A stretch of 64,000 bases of DNA from Fibrobacteria bacterium (GTDB taxonomy: Bacteria; Fibrobacterota; Fibrobacteria; UBA5070), in the NCBI GenBank assembly GCA_035604215.1, contig DATNIW010000025.1:14824-78823 (forward strand), written 5' to 3'. The first letter of the stretch is position 1; each line of letters opens with the position of its first letter. A program made the position numbers and the translations under genes. Positions 18,481 to 27,472 of the stretch are shown here, piece after piece. Below the pieces are notes generated by a model that saw nothing but the letters and a program-made list of their open reading frames with translations, was not told the DNA's origin and made no database searches.

Positions 18481-19674
18481 GTGCCCTCCGGATTGACCGG
18501 ACGGCGCGTCCTTCTGGGCGTCACCGGGGGCATCGCCGCCTACAAGACCCCCGAACTGGTCCGCACCTTGCAGAAAAGGGGTGCGACGGTGCGTTGCGTG
18601 GCCACCGAAAAGGGATTGCGACTGGTTTCCGGTGCCGCACTGGAAGCCCTCACGAACCACCCCGTGGAGGCCGATGCCTGGGTGTCGGGGGAAGCGACCC
18701 ACACCAGGCACATCGATTGGGCGCAGTGGGCCGAACTCCTGGTGGTGGCACCTCTCACGGCCAACACCGCAGCCAAGCTCGCGACGGGGCTTGCGGACGA
18801 TTCCGTGGCCATCGCCTGGATCTCCTGCACCTGCCCCAAGCTTCTCTGTCCCGCCATGAACACGCGGATGCTGGAGGCCCCCGCCACGCGGCGGAACCTT
18901 GCCCAACTGGAGCGCGACGGAGCCTCCGTTCTGGCACCCGATTCCGGAGATCTCGCCTGCGGCGAGACCGGTCCCGGCCGTATGCCGGATCCCGATCGGA
19001 TCGCGGACGAGATCGAACGGATCCTGGCCTCCAAGTCTCCTCGGCCCCGAAGGGTCCTGGTGACCCTCGGACGCACCGAGGAACCCATCGACGACGTCCG
19101 CATGATCACCAACCGATCGTCCGGACGCACCGGCGCGGACATCGTGCGCGAAGCCCTGAACCGCGGCCACGAGGTCACGGTCATCGCCGGACCCTGCGAC
19201 GTGGACATCCCCTCGGGGGCTCGGATCGTGCGGGTGCGCACCGCCCTGGAGATGCGCGAGGCAGCCTTGTCCGCCTGGCCCGGCCAGGACTGGGCCATCT
19301 GCGCCGCGGCCGTCGCGGACTTCCGTCCGAAGGTGCGCGCCGCGGGCAAGATCCCGGCGTCGAAGACCGTGGAACGGATCGACCTCGTCCCCAATCCCGA
19401 CATCCTGGCCGAGCTTTGCCAAGCCAAGGAAGCGCGGCGCGTGGCCGGATTCGCCCTGGAAACGGGAGAGTTGGAACGCGGCTCCATGAAACTCCTCGCC
19501 AAGGGCGCCGATTTCGCCGTCTGCAACGATCCCCTGAGGGATCCGGCGACCGGCGGGTTCGGAGCTTCCGAGGTCTGGGCCTGGATCGGACGCGCCGGAG
19601 AGCACCCGCGGCCGGAATGGATGGGAAAGACGGATCTCGCCTCCCGTCTCCTGGACTCCTTCGAAGCCGCATGA
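18481..19674 (+). CDS. coaBC: Bifunctional phosphopantothenoylcysteine decarboxylase / phosphopantothenate-cysteine ligase
   Basis: 397 aa, GTG start. Flavoprotein N-domain 'LLGVTGGIAAYKTPELVRTLQKRGATVRCVAT' and a CoaB C-domain ('SSGRTGADI...', 'AAVADFRP...KI'). rpoZ-dfp adjacency is classical. Confidence 0.9.
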   Translation: MPSGLTGRRVLLGVTGGIAAYKTPELVRTLQKRGATVRCVATEKGLRLVSGAALEALTNHPVEADAWVSGEATHTRHIDWAQWAELLVVAPLTANTAAKLATGLADDSVAIAWISCTCPKLLCPAMNTRMLEAPATRRNLAQLERDGASVLAPDSGDLACGETGPGRMPDPDRIADEIERILASKSPRPRRVLVTLGRTEEPIDDVRMITNRSSGRTGADIVREALNRGHEVTVIAGPCDVDIPSGARIVRVRTALEMREAALSAWPGQDWAICAAAVADFRPKVRAAGKIPASKTVERIDLVPNPDILAELCQAKEARRVAGFALETGELERGSMKLLAKGADFAVCNDPLRDPATGGFGASEVWAWIGRAGEHPRPEWMGKTDLASRLLDSFEAA

Positions 19675-20513
19675 GCGCTCTGCCGGAATCCGTCCTCCGT
19701 TGGGCGAGGTACCAGCGCGAACTCGGCGTGGACGAGGTGTTCCTGGACGAACGCCCCAGGCCCGCCGCCCCCGAGACCCCGTCGCCCGTGCGTGCCGGGA
19801 CCACCGCGCCGCCGCCGCGGAAGGCCTCGGCCCCCGTCGGCGCATCCGCGCCTCCCGTCTCCCGCGCGCCCAGATCCGATCCCGTCCTGCCCGCGAAGGC
19901 CGCGGCGGTCCCACCGTCCTCCACCGCTCCGCTCCGCTCCGCGATCCCGGCCTTCGCGGACATCCAGGAATTGTCCGCGCACGCCAGGGCCTGCACGCGG
20001 TGCGTGCTGCACGGACGACGCAGGAGCGTGCTGGCCACCGGCGGCCCCGATCGATCCACCTGGGCGATCCTCACCCTCTACGCCTGGGGAGAGGACTCCG
20101 CCCGAGGCGGGCTCCTCGGGGGAGACTACGCGATGCCTTTCCTGGATCTCGCCCGGGAATCGGGACTTCCCGTTCCCGCCGTGGCATCCGTCTTCGCCTG
20201 CGCCCCGGACAACCCTTCCGACACCACCATCCAGGGCTTCACCGAGGCGGTCCGGTGTCGGGGCCATTGGTTGCAGCGTCTCAAGCTCTCCGGCGCCCGC
20301 GCCGTGCTGGTGCTGGACCAGAAGGCGACCTCGTTGGCGCGCGGGCCGGCCATCTCGGTCGATTGGCCCGCCGAGCGCGGACAGGTCTGGGACCTGGACG
20401 GCCTGCCCGCCGTTTCCACCCACCACCCCACCCGACTGGCTCGCCAGGAATCGCTTCGGCCCGAGGTGGAGGCGGACCTGCGTCGGATCCGTTCCCTGAT
20501 CGGAGACCTCTGA
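19671..20513 (+). CDS. Uracil-DNA glycosylase superfamily protein (family 4/5-like, Fe-S type) with Pro-rich N-terminal extension
   Basis: 280 aa. 'CTRCVLH' cysteine cluster, 'STHHPTRL' C-terminal motif and 'LVLDQKA' UDG core. The canonical GE(A/G)PG motif is replaced by 'ATGGPD'. ATG overlaps the coaBC stop (ATGA). Confidence 0.65.
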   Translation: MSALPESVLRWARYQRELGVDEVFLDERPRPAAPETPSPVRAGTTAPPPRKASAPVGASAPPVSRAPRSDPVLPAKAAAVPPSSTAPLRSAIPAFADIQELSAHARACTRCVLHGRRRSVLATGGPDRSTWAILTLYAWGEDSARGGLLGGDYAMPFLDLARESGLPVPAVASVFACAPDNPSDTTIQGFTEAVRCRGHWLQRLKLSGARAVLVLDQKATSLARGPAISVDWPAERGQVWDLDGLPAVSTHHPTRLARQESLRPEVEADLRRIRSLIGDL

Positions 20514-21859
20514 TGGACCCCCGCCTGGGCCTTCCCCGTTCCGAGGAGGCCGAGCGCGCCGTTCTGGGCGGAGTGCTCCGCGATTGGCGCGTCTTGGATG
20601 GGCTCCTCGTGGAACTGGAACCGGGCGATTTCTACTCCGAGCGCCATCGCGTGGTGTTCGAGGCCATGCGGCAGCTCTCGCTGGAACAGGTTCCCGTGGA
20701 TCTGGTCACCCTTGCCGAACGTCTTCGACGCGACAGGAAGGTGGACGGCGTCGGAGGGGAAGCCTACCTGATGGACCTCGCGGATTCCGTGGTGTCGGCC
20801 GCCGGGATCGGCGCCCACGCCCGGATCGTGCGCGAGAAGAGCCTTCTGCGCGCCCTGATCGAGAGCACCCGCAAGATCAACGAGTTGGCCTTCGAGGATG
20901 GCGAGGACACCGCCGTGGTGCTGGACAGGGCGGCCACGGAAATCCTGCAGGTCGCCAACCGACGGGCGGCGCACAAGCTCATGCCCATCAAGGACCTGAT
21001 CCAGGGCACCCTCCAGAACATCGCCACCTACGGAGACGGTCTCCTGGGGACGCCGACCGGCTTCCGCGACATCGACGAGACCCTGCGCGGGCTGCGGCGC
21101 CAGGCCATGATCGTCCTGGCCGCCCGCCCCGGCGTGGGAAAGACGGCACTGGCGCTCAACATCGCCCTGAACGCCGCGACGGGCGTCGGCGACCCCGAGG
21201 GAAAGCGGCATCCGGTTGCCATCTTCTCCCTGGAAATGGGATACATGGAGCTCGTGGAACGGCTCATCTGTTCCGCCGCGGAGATCGACAGCCGCGAACT
21301 CCACAAGGGCAACTACATGCCCCAAAAGCTGCAGCGGGACATCGAACCCATCTACCACGCTCCCATCTTCATCGACGACACCTCCGGTCTGAACATCCTG
21401 GAACTGCGCGCCCGCTGCAAGAGGCTCGCTTCCCAGCTGCGGCAGCAGGGCCAGAGCCTGGACCTGATCGTCATCGACTACCTCCAGCTCATGGAGGCTC
21501 CCACCGTCCGCGGAGGCGAGAACCGCCAGGCGGAGGTCTCGCAGATTTCGCGCGGTCTCAAGCAATTGGCCAAGGAGCTGGACTGCCCGGTCCTCGCCCT
21601 CTCGCAACTCTCGCGCGAACCCGCGAAGGGGGACGTGCGTCCCAAGCTGCACCATCTGCGCGAGTCCGGCGCCATCGAGCAGGACGCCGACGTCGTGGCC
21701 TTCATCCACCAGGATCCGGAACAGCCCCAGAAGGTGGAATTCCTGATCCAGAAGCACCGCGCCGGTCCGCAGAAGGACATCCCCCTGCTCTTCCGCCGGG
21801 AATTCACCCGCTACTACGACTACACCGACCGCGAGGAACCGGCCTATGGCTACGAATAG
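20513..21859 (+). CDS. dnaB: Replicative DNA helicase
   Basis: 448 aa. N-terminal 'AERAVLGGVL' DnaB N-domain, Walker A 'ARPGVGKTALALNIA', 'IVIDYLQLM', and 'SQLSRE...RESGAIEQDADVV' RecA-fold motifs. ATG overlaps the upstream stop (TGATG). Confidence 0.93.
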   Translation: MDPRLGLPRSEEAERAVLGGVLRDWRVLDGLLVELEPGDFYSERHRVVFEAMRQLSLEQVPVDLVTLAERLRRDRKVDGVGGEAYLMDLADSVVSAAGIGAHARIVREKSLLRALIESTRKINELAFEDGEDTAVVLDRAATEILQVANRRAAHKLMPIKDLIQGTLQNIATYGDGLLGTPTGFRDIDETLRGLRRQAMIVLAARPGVGKTALALNIALNAATGVGDPEGKRHPVAIFSLEMGYMELVERLICSAAEIDSRELHKGNYMPQKLQRDIEPIYHAPIFIDDTSGLNILELRARCKRLASQLRQQGQSLDLIVIDYLQLMEAPTVRGGENRQAEVSQISRGLKQLAKELDCPVLALSQLSREPAKGDVRPKLHHLRESGAIEQDADVVAFIHQDPEQPQKVEFLIQKHRAGPQKDIPLLFRREFTRYYDYTDREEPAYGYE

Positions 21860-22688
21860 GCTCCCCGATCCGGTCGCGGTCCTGGAGGCCGTGGGCGAAC
21901 AGACCGTCCGGTTCTTCCGAAAGGTCGTCGGAACCGTGCTCGACATGCTGGCCGCGGTCGGCGGCATCTTCGCGATGTGCGGACGGATCCTGTGGCTGTT
22001 TCCGCAGGCGCTCCGGGATCCCGGGGCCGTGATGAAGCAGGCCATGGACCTGGGGGTGGCGTCGCTTCCGCTGATCTTCGTGACCTCGCTCTTCGTGGGC
22101 ATGGTCTCCGCGGTCTCCGCCAAGTACCAGTTTCGCAACGTGGTTCCCCTCAAGTACCTGGGCACTTCCGTGACCAAGCTCGTGCTCCTGGAACTCGGTC
22201 CGGTCCTGACGGCCCTGGTCATGTCCGGTCGCATCGGATCCTCCATCGCCGCCCAGATCGCCACCATGAAGGAGAAGGAGGAGATCGACGCCATGACGGT
22301 CCTGGACCTCCCGCCGCTGCGCTACCTGGCGGCGCCGCGCATCCTGGTGGGCATCCTGGCGCTGCCGGTGCTCACCACCATCTCCTGCTTCCTGGCCATC
22401 GCGGGAGCCTGGGGCGTGTGCGTGATCGGCTTGGGCGTCACCAGCTACACGTTCCTTTCCGGCACCCGGCTCTTCTTCTCGAGCTACGATGTCTTCGTGA
22501 TGGAGATCAAGGCGCTCGTGTTCGGCCTCCTCATCTCCCTGCTCGGCTACTACCACGGCATCCACGCCGGTGGCGGAGCCAAGGGGGTGGGCGAAGCGAC
22601 CATGAAATCCGTGGTATCCTCGTCGGTGATGATCCTGCTCTTCGACTTCCTCATCGCCTTCCTCCTGTTGCGCAACACCGGATCCTGA
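21846..22688 (+). CDS. mlaE: Phospholipid ABC transporter permease MlaE
   Basis: 280 aa, about 5 TM. 'LELGPVLTALVMSGRIGSSIAAQIATMKEKEEIDAMTVL' is the MlaE/Ttg2B signature. It overlaps the dnaB 3' end by 14 nt. Confidence 0.85.
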   Translation: MATNRLPDPVAVLEAVGEQTVRFFRKVVGTVLDMLAAVGGIFAMCGRILWLFPQALRDPGAVMKQAMDLGVASLPLIFVTSLFVGMVSAVSAKYQFRNVVPLKYLGTSVTKLVLLELGPVLTALVMSGRIGSSIAAQIATMKEKEEIDAMTVLDLPPLRYLAAPRILVGILALPVLTTISCFLAIAGAWGVCVIGLGVTSYTFLSGTRLFFSSYDVFVMEIKALVFGLLISLLGYYHGIHAGGGAKGVGEATMKSVVSSSVMILLFDFLIAFLLLRNTGS

Positions 22689-22701
22689 GAAGGGAACGCG
22701 A

Positions 22702-23499
22702 ATGCCCGGCGTGCAGATCGACCCGAACGACGAAATCATCCAGTTGCGGCAATTGCGCAAGAGCTTCTGGACCACCGACGGCGAACAGCAGGTGCTCCAG
22801 GACGTGACCCTGTCCATCCGCCGCGGGGAGACCATGGTCATCATCGGCGTGTCCGGCGGCGGAAAATCGGTGATCCTCAAGCACATGATCGGGCTCCTGC
22901 AACCCGACGGCGGGGAGGTCGTGGTGGAGGGCCGGGTGATCTCGACCCCGAACTACTTCGACGCGGCCACCATCCGGCGGAAGATGGGAATGCTCTTCCA
23001 GATGGGCGCGCTGTTCGATTCCATGAGCGTCGGGGAGAACATCGCCTTCGCCCTGCGCGAGCACAACGAAGGGATCCCGGAGGATTCCGTGGACGAGATC
23101 GTCGCCCGGCTGCTGGGCCTGATCAACCTGAATCCGGCCTTCGCCAGCAAGATGCCCTCGGAGCTCTCGGGCGGCATGAAGAAGCGGGTATCGCTGGCCC
23201 GGACCTTGGCGGTGGAACCGGAAATCGTCCTCTACGACGAACCGACCACCGGGTTGGATCCCATCACCGCCGACGTCATCAACGACCTCATCCTGGACAC
23301 CCAGAAACAGTTCCACGTGACCTCCGTGGTGGTCACCCACGACATGGTCTCGGCCTACAAGGTCGCCGACCGCATCGCCATGCTGTACCAGGGGCACATC
23401 ATCTTCGTGGGCACCCCCGACGAGGTCAAGAACACCCGCAATCCCTACGTCCAGCAGTTCGTGCGCGGCCAGCGCAAGCTCGAGTCTGTCGCCGCATGA
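22702..23499 (+). CDS. mlaF: Phospholipid ABC transporter ATP-binding protein MlaF
   Basis: Walker A 'GVSGGGKS', ABC signature 'LSGGMKKRVSLAR', Walker B 'VLYDEPTTGLD'. No mlaD follows (radA is next). Confidence 0.88.
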   Translation: MPGVQIDPNDEIIQLRQLRKSFWTTDGEQQVLQDVTLSIRRGETMVIIGVSGGGKSVILKHMIGLLQPDGGEVVVEGRVISTPNYFDAATIRRKMGMLFQMGALFDSMSVGENIAFALREHNEGIPEDSVDEIVARLLGLINLNPAFASKMPSELSGGMKKRVSLARTLAVEPEIVLYDEPTTGLDPITADVINDLILDTQKQFHVTSVVVTHDMVSAYKVADRIAMLYQGHIIFVGTPDEVKNTRNPYVQQFVRGQRKLESVAA

Positions 23500-23506
23500 G
23501 CCTCTG

Positions 23507-24856
23507 ATGGCGAAGGCCAGGACATCCTGGGTGTGCTCGGAATGCGGCCACCGCTCCCCAAGGTCCGCCGGATTCTGTCCATCCTGCCGCAAGTACAACA
23601 CCCTGGTGGAGGAGGTGGAACGCGCGCCCACCTTCCGGCGGGGACCGGTCGCGGCCGCCGGATCCGTGGCGCGACGTCTCGCGGACGTTCCCCTGGACTC
23701 CTCCGCCCGGATCACCACCGGCATCTCCGAGCTGGACCGCGTGCTGGGCGGCGGGGTGGTGCCCGGGTCCGTGGTGCTCGTGGGGGGGGATCCCGGCATC
23801 GGAAAATCCACCCTGCTCCTCCAGATGTGCGCCCGGATGGAGAAGCAGGCCAGCGTCCTCTACGTGACCGGCGAGGAATCCGCCGCGCAGGTGGCCCTCA
23901 GGGCCGAGCGGTTGGGGGGCAAGGCCGCCCATGTCTGGATGCTCGCGGAGACCCGCATCGAAGCCGTGCTGGCGGAGCTGCACCGGCTCGGGCCCCAGGT
24001 CGTGGTGGTGGATTCCATCCAGACCGTCTACCGCGAAGACCTGGAAAGCGCTCCGGGCACGGTGAGCCAGCTGCGCGAGAGCGCCGCGGCCCTGCTGACC
24101 TGGGCCAAGGAGGGCGGCGGAGCGGTGTTCCTGGTGGGGCATGTCACCAAGGACGGGCAGCTCGCGGGACCTCGGGTGCTGGAACACATGGTGGACACCG
24201 TCCTGTACTTCGAAGGCGATCGGCACCATCTGTATCGGTTGTTGCGCGCCACCAAGAACCGGTTCGGCGCCACCGGCGAAGTCGGCGTGTTCGAGATGCA
24301 GGCACATGGCCTGGAAGGGGTCGGAAATCCCTCCTCACTTTTCCTGGGGGAGTCGACCGCTCGACCCGGGGTGTGCGTCACCGCGACCATGGAAGGGTCG
24401 CGCCCCTTGCTGGTGGAGGTCCAGGCCCTGGCCGGACCCACCCACTATTCGATGCCGCAGCGGGTCGCGACCGGTTTCGACACCCGGCGCATGACCATCC
24501 TCCTGGCGTTGCTGGAACGCCACGGGGGCATGCAGCTGGGCGGCTACGACGTTTTCCTGTCGGTGGCGGGCGGCCTCAAGCTGGACGACCCGGGCGGCGA
24601 ACTGGCGGCGGCACTCGCCGTGGCCACCAGTCTCAGGGACAGATCACTTCCCCCAGGCACCTTCGCCGTGGGCGAATTGGGTCTGGGAGGAGAGATTCGC
24701 CCACCCGCCCAAATGGAAGCCCGGTTGCGCGAGGGGCGGCTGATGGGATTCACCCGCGTCCTGGCCCCGCCTTCTCCCAAACCCGTGCGGATCGAGGGCT
24801 TGGAAATCCTGGTTTGCCCAAGCCTGGGCAAGGCGCTCGACCTGGCTTTGGGGTGA
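23507..24856 (+). CDS. radA: DNA repair protein RadA/Sms
   Basis: 449 aa. N-terminal C4 zinc finger 'CSECGHRSPRSAGFCPSC', Walker A 'GGDPGIGKSTLLLQ', 'KNRFGATGEVGVFEM' RadA motif, and C-terminal Lon-protease-like domain. Confidence 0.93.
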   Translation: MAKARTSWVCSECGHRSPRSAGFCPSCRKYNTLVEEVERAPTFRRGPVAAAGSVARRLADVPLDSSARITTGISELDRVLGGGVVPGSVVLVGGDPGIGKSTLLLQMCARMEKQASVLYVTGEESAAQVALRAERLGGKAAHVWMLAETRIEAVLAELHRLGPQVVVVDSIQTVYREDLESAPGTVSQLRESAAALLTWAKEGGGAVFLVGHVTKDGQLAGPRVLEHMVDTVLYFEGDRHHLYRLLRATKNRFGATGEVGVFEMQAHGLEGVGNPSSLFLGESTARPGVCVTATMEGSRPLLVEVQALAGPTHYSMPQRVATGFDTRRMTILLALLERHGGMQLGGYDVFLSVAGGLKLDDPGGELAAALAVATSLRDRSLPPGTFAVGELGLGGEIRPPAQMEARLREGRLMGFTRVLAPPSPKPVRIEGLEILVCPSLGKALDLALG

Positions 24857-24867
24857 TCCCCTCGGGT

Positions 24868-25518
24868 TCAAGGATCCTCGTCCGGTCCTTGCATGCCGCC
24901 GTTCATGTCGTCGTCGTCCAGGTAGGTCGTGCTGTCCGGGTAGATGCGAACGGAGGTATCCCCGAAATCCCGACCCTTCGACCAGTACCGGACGGTCTGC
25001 AGACCCACGGGAAGACTGTCGAAGTACAGATCGATGCTTTCATCGCCCACACCGGTGTCGGGGATCGCCAGGGAGCGATCCAAACCGTAGAGGTCCACTT
25101 CCCCGCCCCGGGTGGAATCGGTCAGGTCCACTTCCATCTTGAGACGCCCCAGCTTGTGGAGCGCCCCGATCGACACCTGGTTCCAAGGACTGGTGGCACG
25201 CACGGTGCGGCTCCAACCGGAATCGTCCAGACGGGCCTCCACGCGGTAGGTGTCCAGGGGCACCCGAGTGAATTGGTAGTCCCCGAGCGAATTGGTCCGG
25301 GTGGAATCGAAGCCCGCAGCCGGGATCGGTTGCCCGGACGTCCACGAGAGCGGACGCAGATAGACCATGACTTCGGAGGCGCCCGCTGTGGAATCCGAAG
25401 CGAGGATGCGACCGGCCACCACGGAATTTCCCGTCTGGCTCCCGCTTCCGGCGAGCTGTTGGGGACTTCCACACGCCCACAGCGCGGAGAACAGGAGCAG
25501 GGTACGGGTGGCTCTCAC
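24868..25518 (-). CDS. Lipoprotein with carboxypeptidase-regulatory-like (CarbopepD_reg) beta-sandwich
   Basis: 216 aa from GTG 25518, whose GTGA overlaps the upstream stop. Signal peptide with lipobox 'LLFSALWAC'. 'VVAGRILASDSTAGASEVMVYL...LGDYQFTRVPLDTYRV' matches the CarbopepD_reg pattern. Confidence 0.5.
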   Translation of the reverse strand: MRATRTLLLFSALWACGSPQQLAGSGSQTGNSVVAGRILASDSTAGASEVMVYLRPLSWTSGQPIPAAGFDSTRTNSLGDYQFTRVPLDTYRVEARLDDSGWSRTVRATSPWNQVSIGALHKLGRLKMEVDLTDSTRGGEVDLYGLDRSLAIPDTGVGDESIDLYFDSLPVGLQTVRYWSKGRDFGDTSVRIYPDSTTYLDDDDMNGGMQGPDEDP

Positions 25519-26369
25519 GAACGCGCCTCCGGGGTCACCAGCGGGAAGAGCTGGATATTGAGCTGTACGACAAGGTCGGATCCTCGCCGATCCTCGATCA
25601 CCATCTGCAGGACATCTTCCTTGAAAATTCTGATTCGCTCCCTGATCCGGTCGTAACATTCCCTCGAGAGACCCAGGGTCAGCCCCCCGATCTCCCTTTC
25701 CGCAGGGGGGAATCTATCCAGAGCGGACATCGCCAGGCCCATCATTTCTTGATTAAAGTGGCGAACCACCAAATTCGGCGTCTCGTATTCGGTGCTGACC
25801 GCCGGTGTGGCCGCACGAAGCCGCCCCCGGGCGTCCCTGTCCACCAGTCCCAGGCGTTCCAAGGTGCGCAGGGCCTCCCTCACCTCCCGCGGAGGTACGG
25901 GAGGTTGGATCTGCCTGGAAATCCAGTTCGGGTCCTCGCGGAAGCCTTCCAGGCCGACGAATTCGCGAAGACTCGCGTGGAGCCAATCGTTCCAGAGCCC
26001 GTACTGCTCCTTGGGAAGGAATTTGAGGAACAGTTTGCGCCGGACCTTGGCCATCTCCTGGAAGGCAAGGTTCTTCGCCTGCACGGTCCGGGCATTCCCG
26101 AAGCTGGAAAGGAGAGCCAAGTAGGAGCTCTCCGCCTGGGTCAGCCCCATGGCCTTGGAAAACTTGGAGGCGGTATCCGACGACAGCCTTCGACGACCTT
26201 CCAGGATGTCCTTCATCAAACTGGCGGAAGTTCCGGCCTTCAGGGCGAAGGACCGGAACGAGAGCACGCGGGAGGAGCGTTTCCGCCAGGACCACCAATC
26301 CTTGAGGAATTGGCGGTAATCCGCGTACTGGTAGACGTCGGGACCGGGATTCGAGGCGGGCGAGATCAG
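25515..26369 (-). CDS. TIGR02147-family protein (Fibrobacter-type paralogous family; function unknown), start codon unresolved
   Basis: 'DVYQYADYRQFLKDWWSWRKRSSRVLSFRSFALKAGTSASLMKDILEGRRRLS...' reproduces the TIGR02147 N-terminal signature (Y.DYR.fL.D.y..rK.....SfR.FA.KAG). There is no in-frame ATG/GTG/TTG between the upstream stop (26366-26368) and the conserved N-terminus. The nearest candidates are CTG 26369 and ATC 26366, and the first canonical start (GTG, 'VLSF') would delete the conserved region. Confidence 0.55.
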   Translation of the reverse strand: MISPASNPGPDVYQYADYRQFLKDWWSWRKRSSRVLSFRSFALKAGTSASLMKDILEGRRRLSSDTASKFSKAMGLTQAESSYLALLSSFGNARTVQAKNLAFQEMAKVRRKLFLKFLPKEQYGLWNDWLHASLREFVGLEGFREDPNWISRQIQPPVPPREVREALRTLERLGLVDRDARGRLRAATPAVSTEYETPNLVVRHFNQEMMGLAMSALDRFPPAEREIGGLTLGLSRECYDRIRERIRIFKEDVLQMVIEDRRGSDLVVQLNIQLFPLVTPEARS

Positions 26370-27421
26370 AACGCCTGCCCGAAGTCCACGTACAACCCCG
26401 ACCCGAACTCGGACCAGCCGTAGTCCATCCGCAATACCGCCTTGCCCCCTGCCAGGGGAGATCGAAGACCCAACCCCGCCGCCCATCGCGGGTCGGCGCT
26501 CCATACGCCCCCGTGGGTCCCCGCCTGCCCAAGCTCCCCGAAGATGGCGGGTTGCATGGGGAAGACCCAGATCTTGGGTCCGTTCCATCGGGTCTCCACT
26601 CCGATGCACTGGACCGACTCGCCGCGCAACTGCTTGTTGGGCAGTCCCCGCAGCGATTTGCGCCAACCCAGGAACGGAATTTCCCAGAAGGGGACGCTTC
26701 CCCAGGCTTCCTCCTTGTGGATCCGGCCAACTTCCGTGAAACTTCCCTGCGAAACGGCGTCGGACGCATCGGCGACCAGATCCTGCCAATCGAAGTCGGC
26801 TCCCGGAAGAGCGGTCTGCAGCTTGAGGCTCAGGTAGGAGCCGGACTTCGGATTTTCCTTGAGGTCGCGACCCTCCCTCTCCAGGATCAAGGATCCGTCG
26901 AAATCCGTTCCCCCGTGGATTCCGACCCAGGAGGAATCCACCGCGAATATCCCCTGGCGATTGGTGCGGATGGACGTGTTTTCCGCATACAGCTGCGCCC
27001 CAACGGAAAACCCTCCGGGCAGCCAACGGGAGACTTGGGCATACCCTCCGGCGTAGGTGGGGGTGTAGACGCCCTGCAAACTGTCGGGTGGGGGGTCGCC
27101 GGGGCCGAACCACTCCTCGGGAAATTTCCCGACCTCCCCGAACGCCGTCAGGCGCCAGACCCCGTCCAATGAATCCCGTTCCACCGTGGCATCCATGTCG
27201 GATTGATGGCGCACGGTGGTGTAGGCGGTGAGATCCATGTAACCCGGATGGTCGAATGGATCCTGCCAGCGCAACTTCGCGCCCCCTCCCGGTCCGGTCT
27301 CCGGGAAGGAAAACGCCACCGGAATGGGGAGGAGTTCGCCCCCGAGCCCGCCAATCGCCACGGGCGCCTGGACAAGGACCAGCCAAGCGAAGGCGGCGGT
27401 TGCATGCGCGGATCGGCCCAT
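26366..27421 (-). CDS. Omp85-family (bacterial surface antigen, PF01103-like) outer-membrane beta-barrel, barrel-only (no POTRA)
   Basis: 351 aa from ATG 27421 (within a CATATG). Signal peptide 'MGRSAHATAAFAWLVLVQAPVAIGG'. The C-terminal 'GLGLRSPLAGGKAVLRMDYGWSEFGSGLYVDFGQAF' ends in Phe and matches the Omp85 terminal strand pattern (G.rlrSP.Gp.rlDyg...F). The rest of the 1063-aa listed ORF is antisense to proS. Confidence 0.5.
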   Translation of the reverse strand: MGRSAHATAAFAWLVLVQAPVAIGGLGGELLPIPVAFSFPETGPGGGAKLRWQDPFDHPGYMDLTAYTTVRHQSDMDATVERDSLDGVWRLTAFGEVGKFPEEWFGPGDPPPDSLQGVYTPTYAGGYAQVSRWLPGGFSVGAQLYAENTSIRTNRQGIFAVDSSWVGIHGGTDFDGSLILEREGRDLKENPKSGSYLSLKLQTALPGADFDWQDLVADASDAVSQGSFTEVGRIHKEEAWGSVPFWEIPFLGWRKSLRGLPNKQLRGESVQCIGVETRWNGPKIWVFPMQPAIFGELGQAGTHGGVWSADPRWAAGLGLRSPLAGGKAVLRMDYGWSEFGSGLYVDFGQAF

Positions 27422-27472
27422 ATGCGGCCAAAGAGTAGAATCCTCCGTCGTCGTGGGTACATTTGCCCCCCT

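Noticed and set aside
25515-27431. 638-aa ORF as one gene, and 26366-29557 as one 1063-aa gene
   Set aside because: Both are chimeras of a real C-terminal gene (the TIGR02147 protein and the Omp85-like barrel) with upstream junk frames. The second would be antisense to proS.
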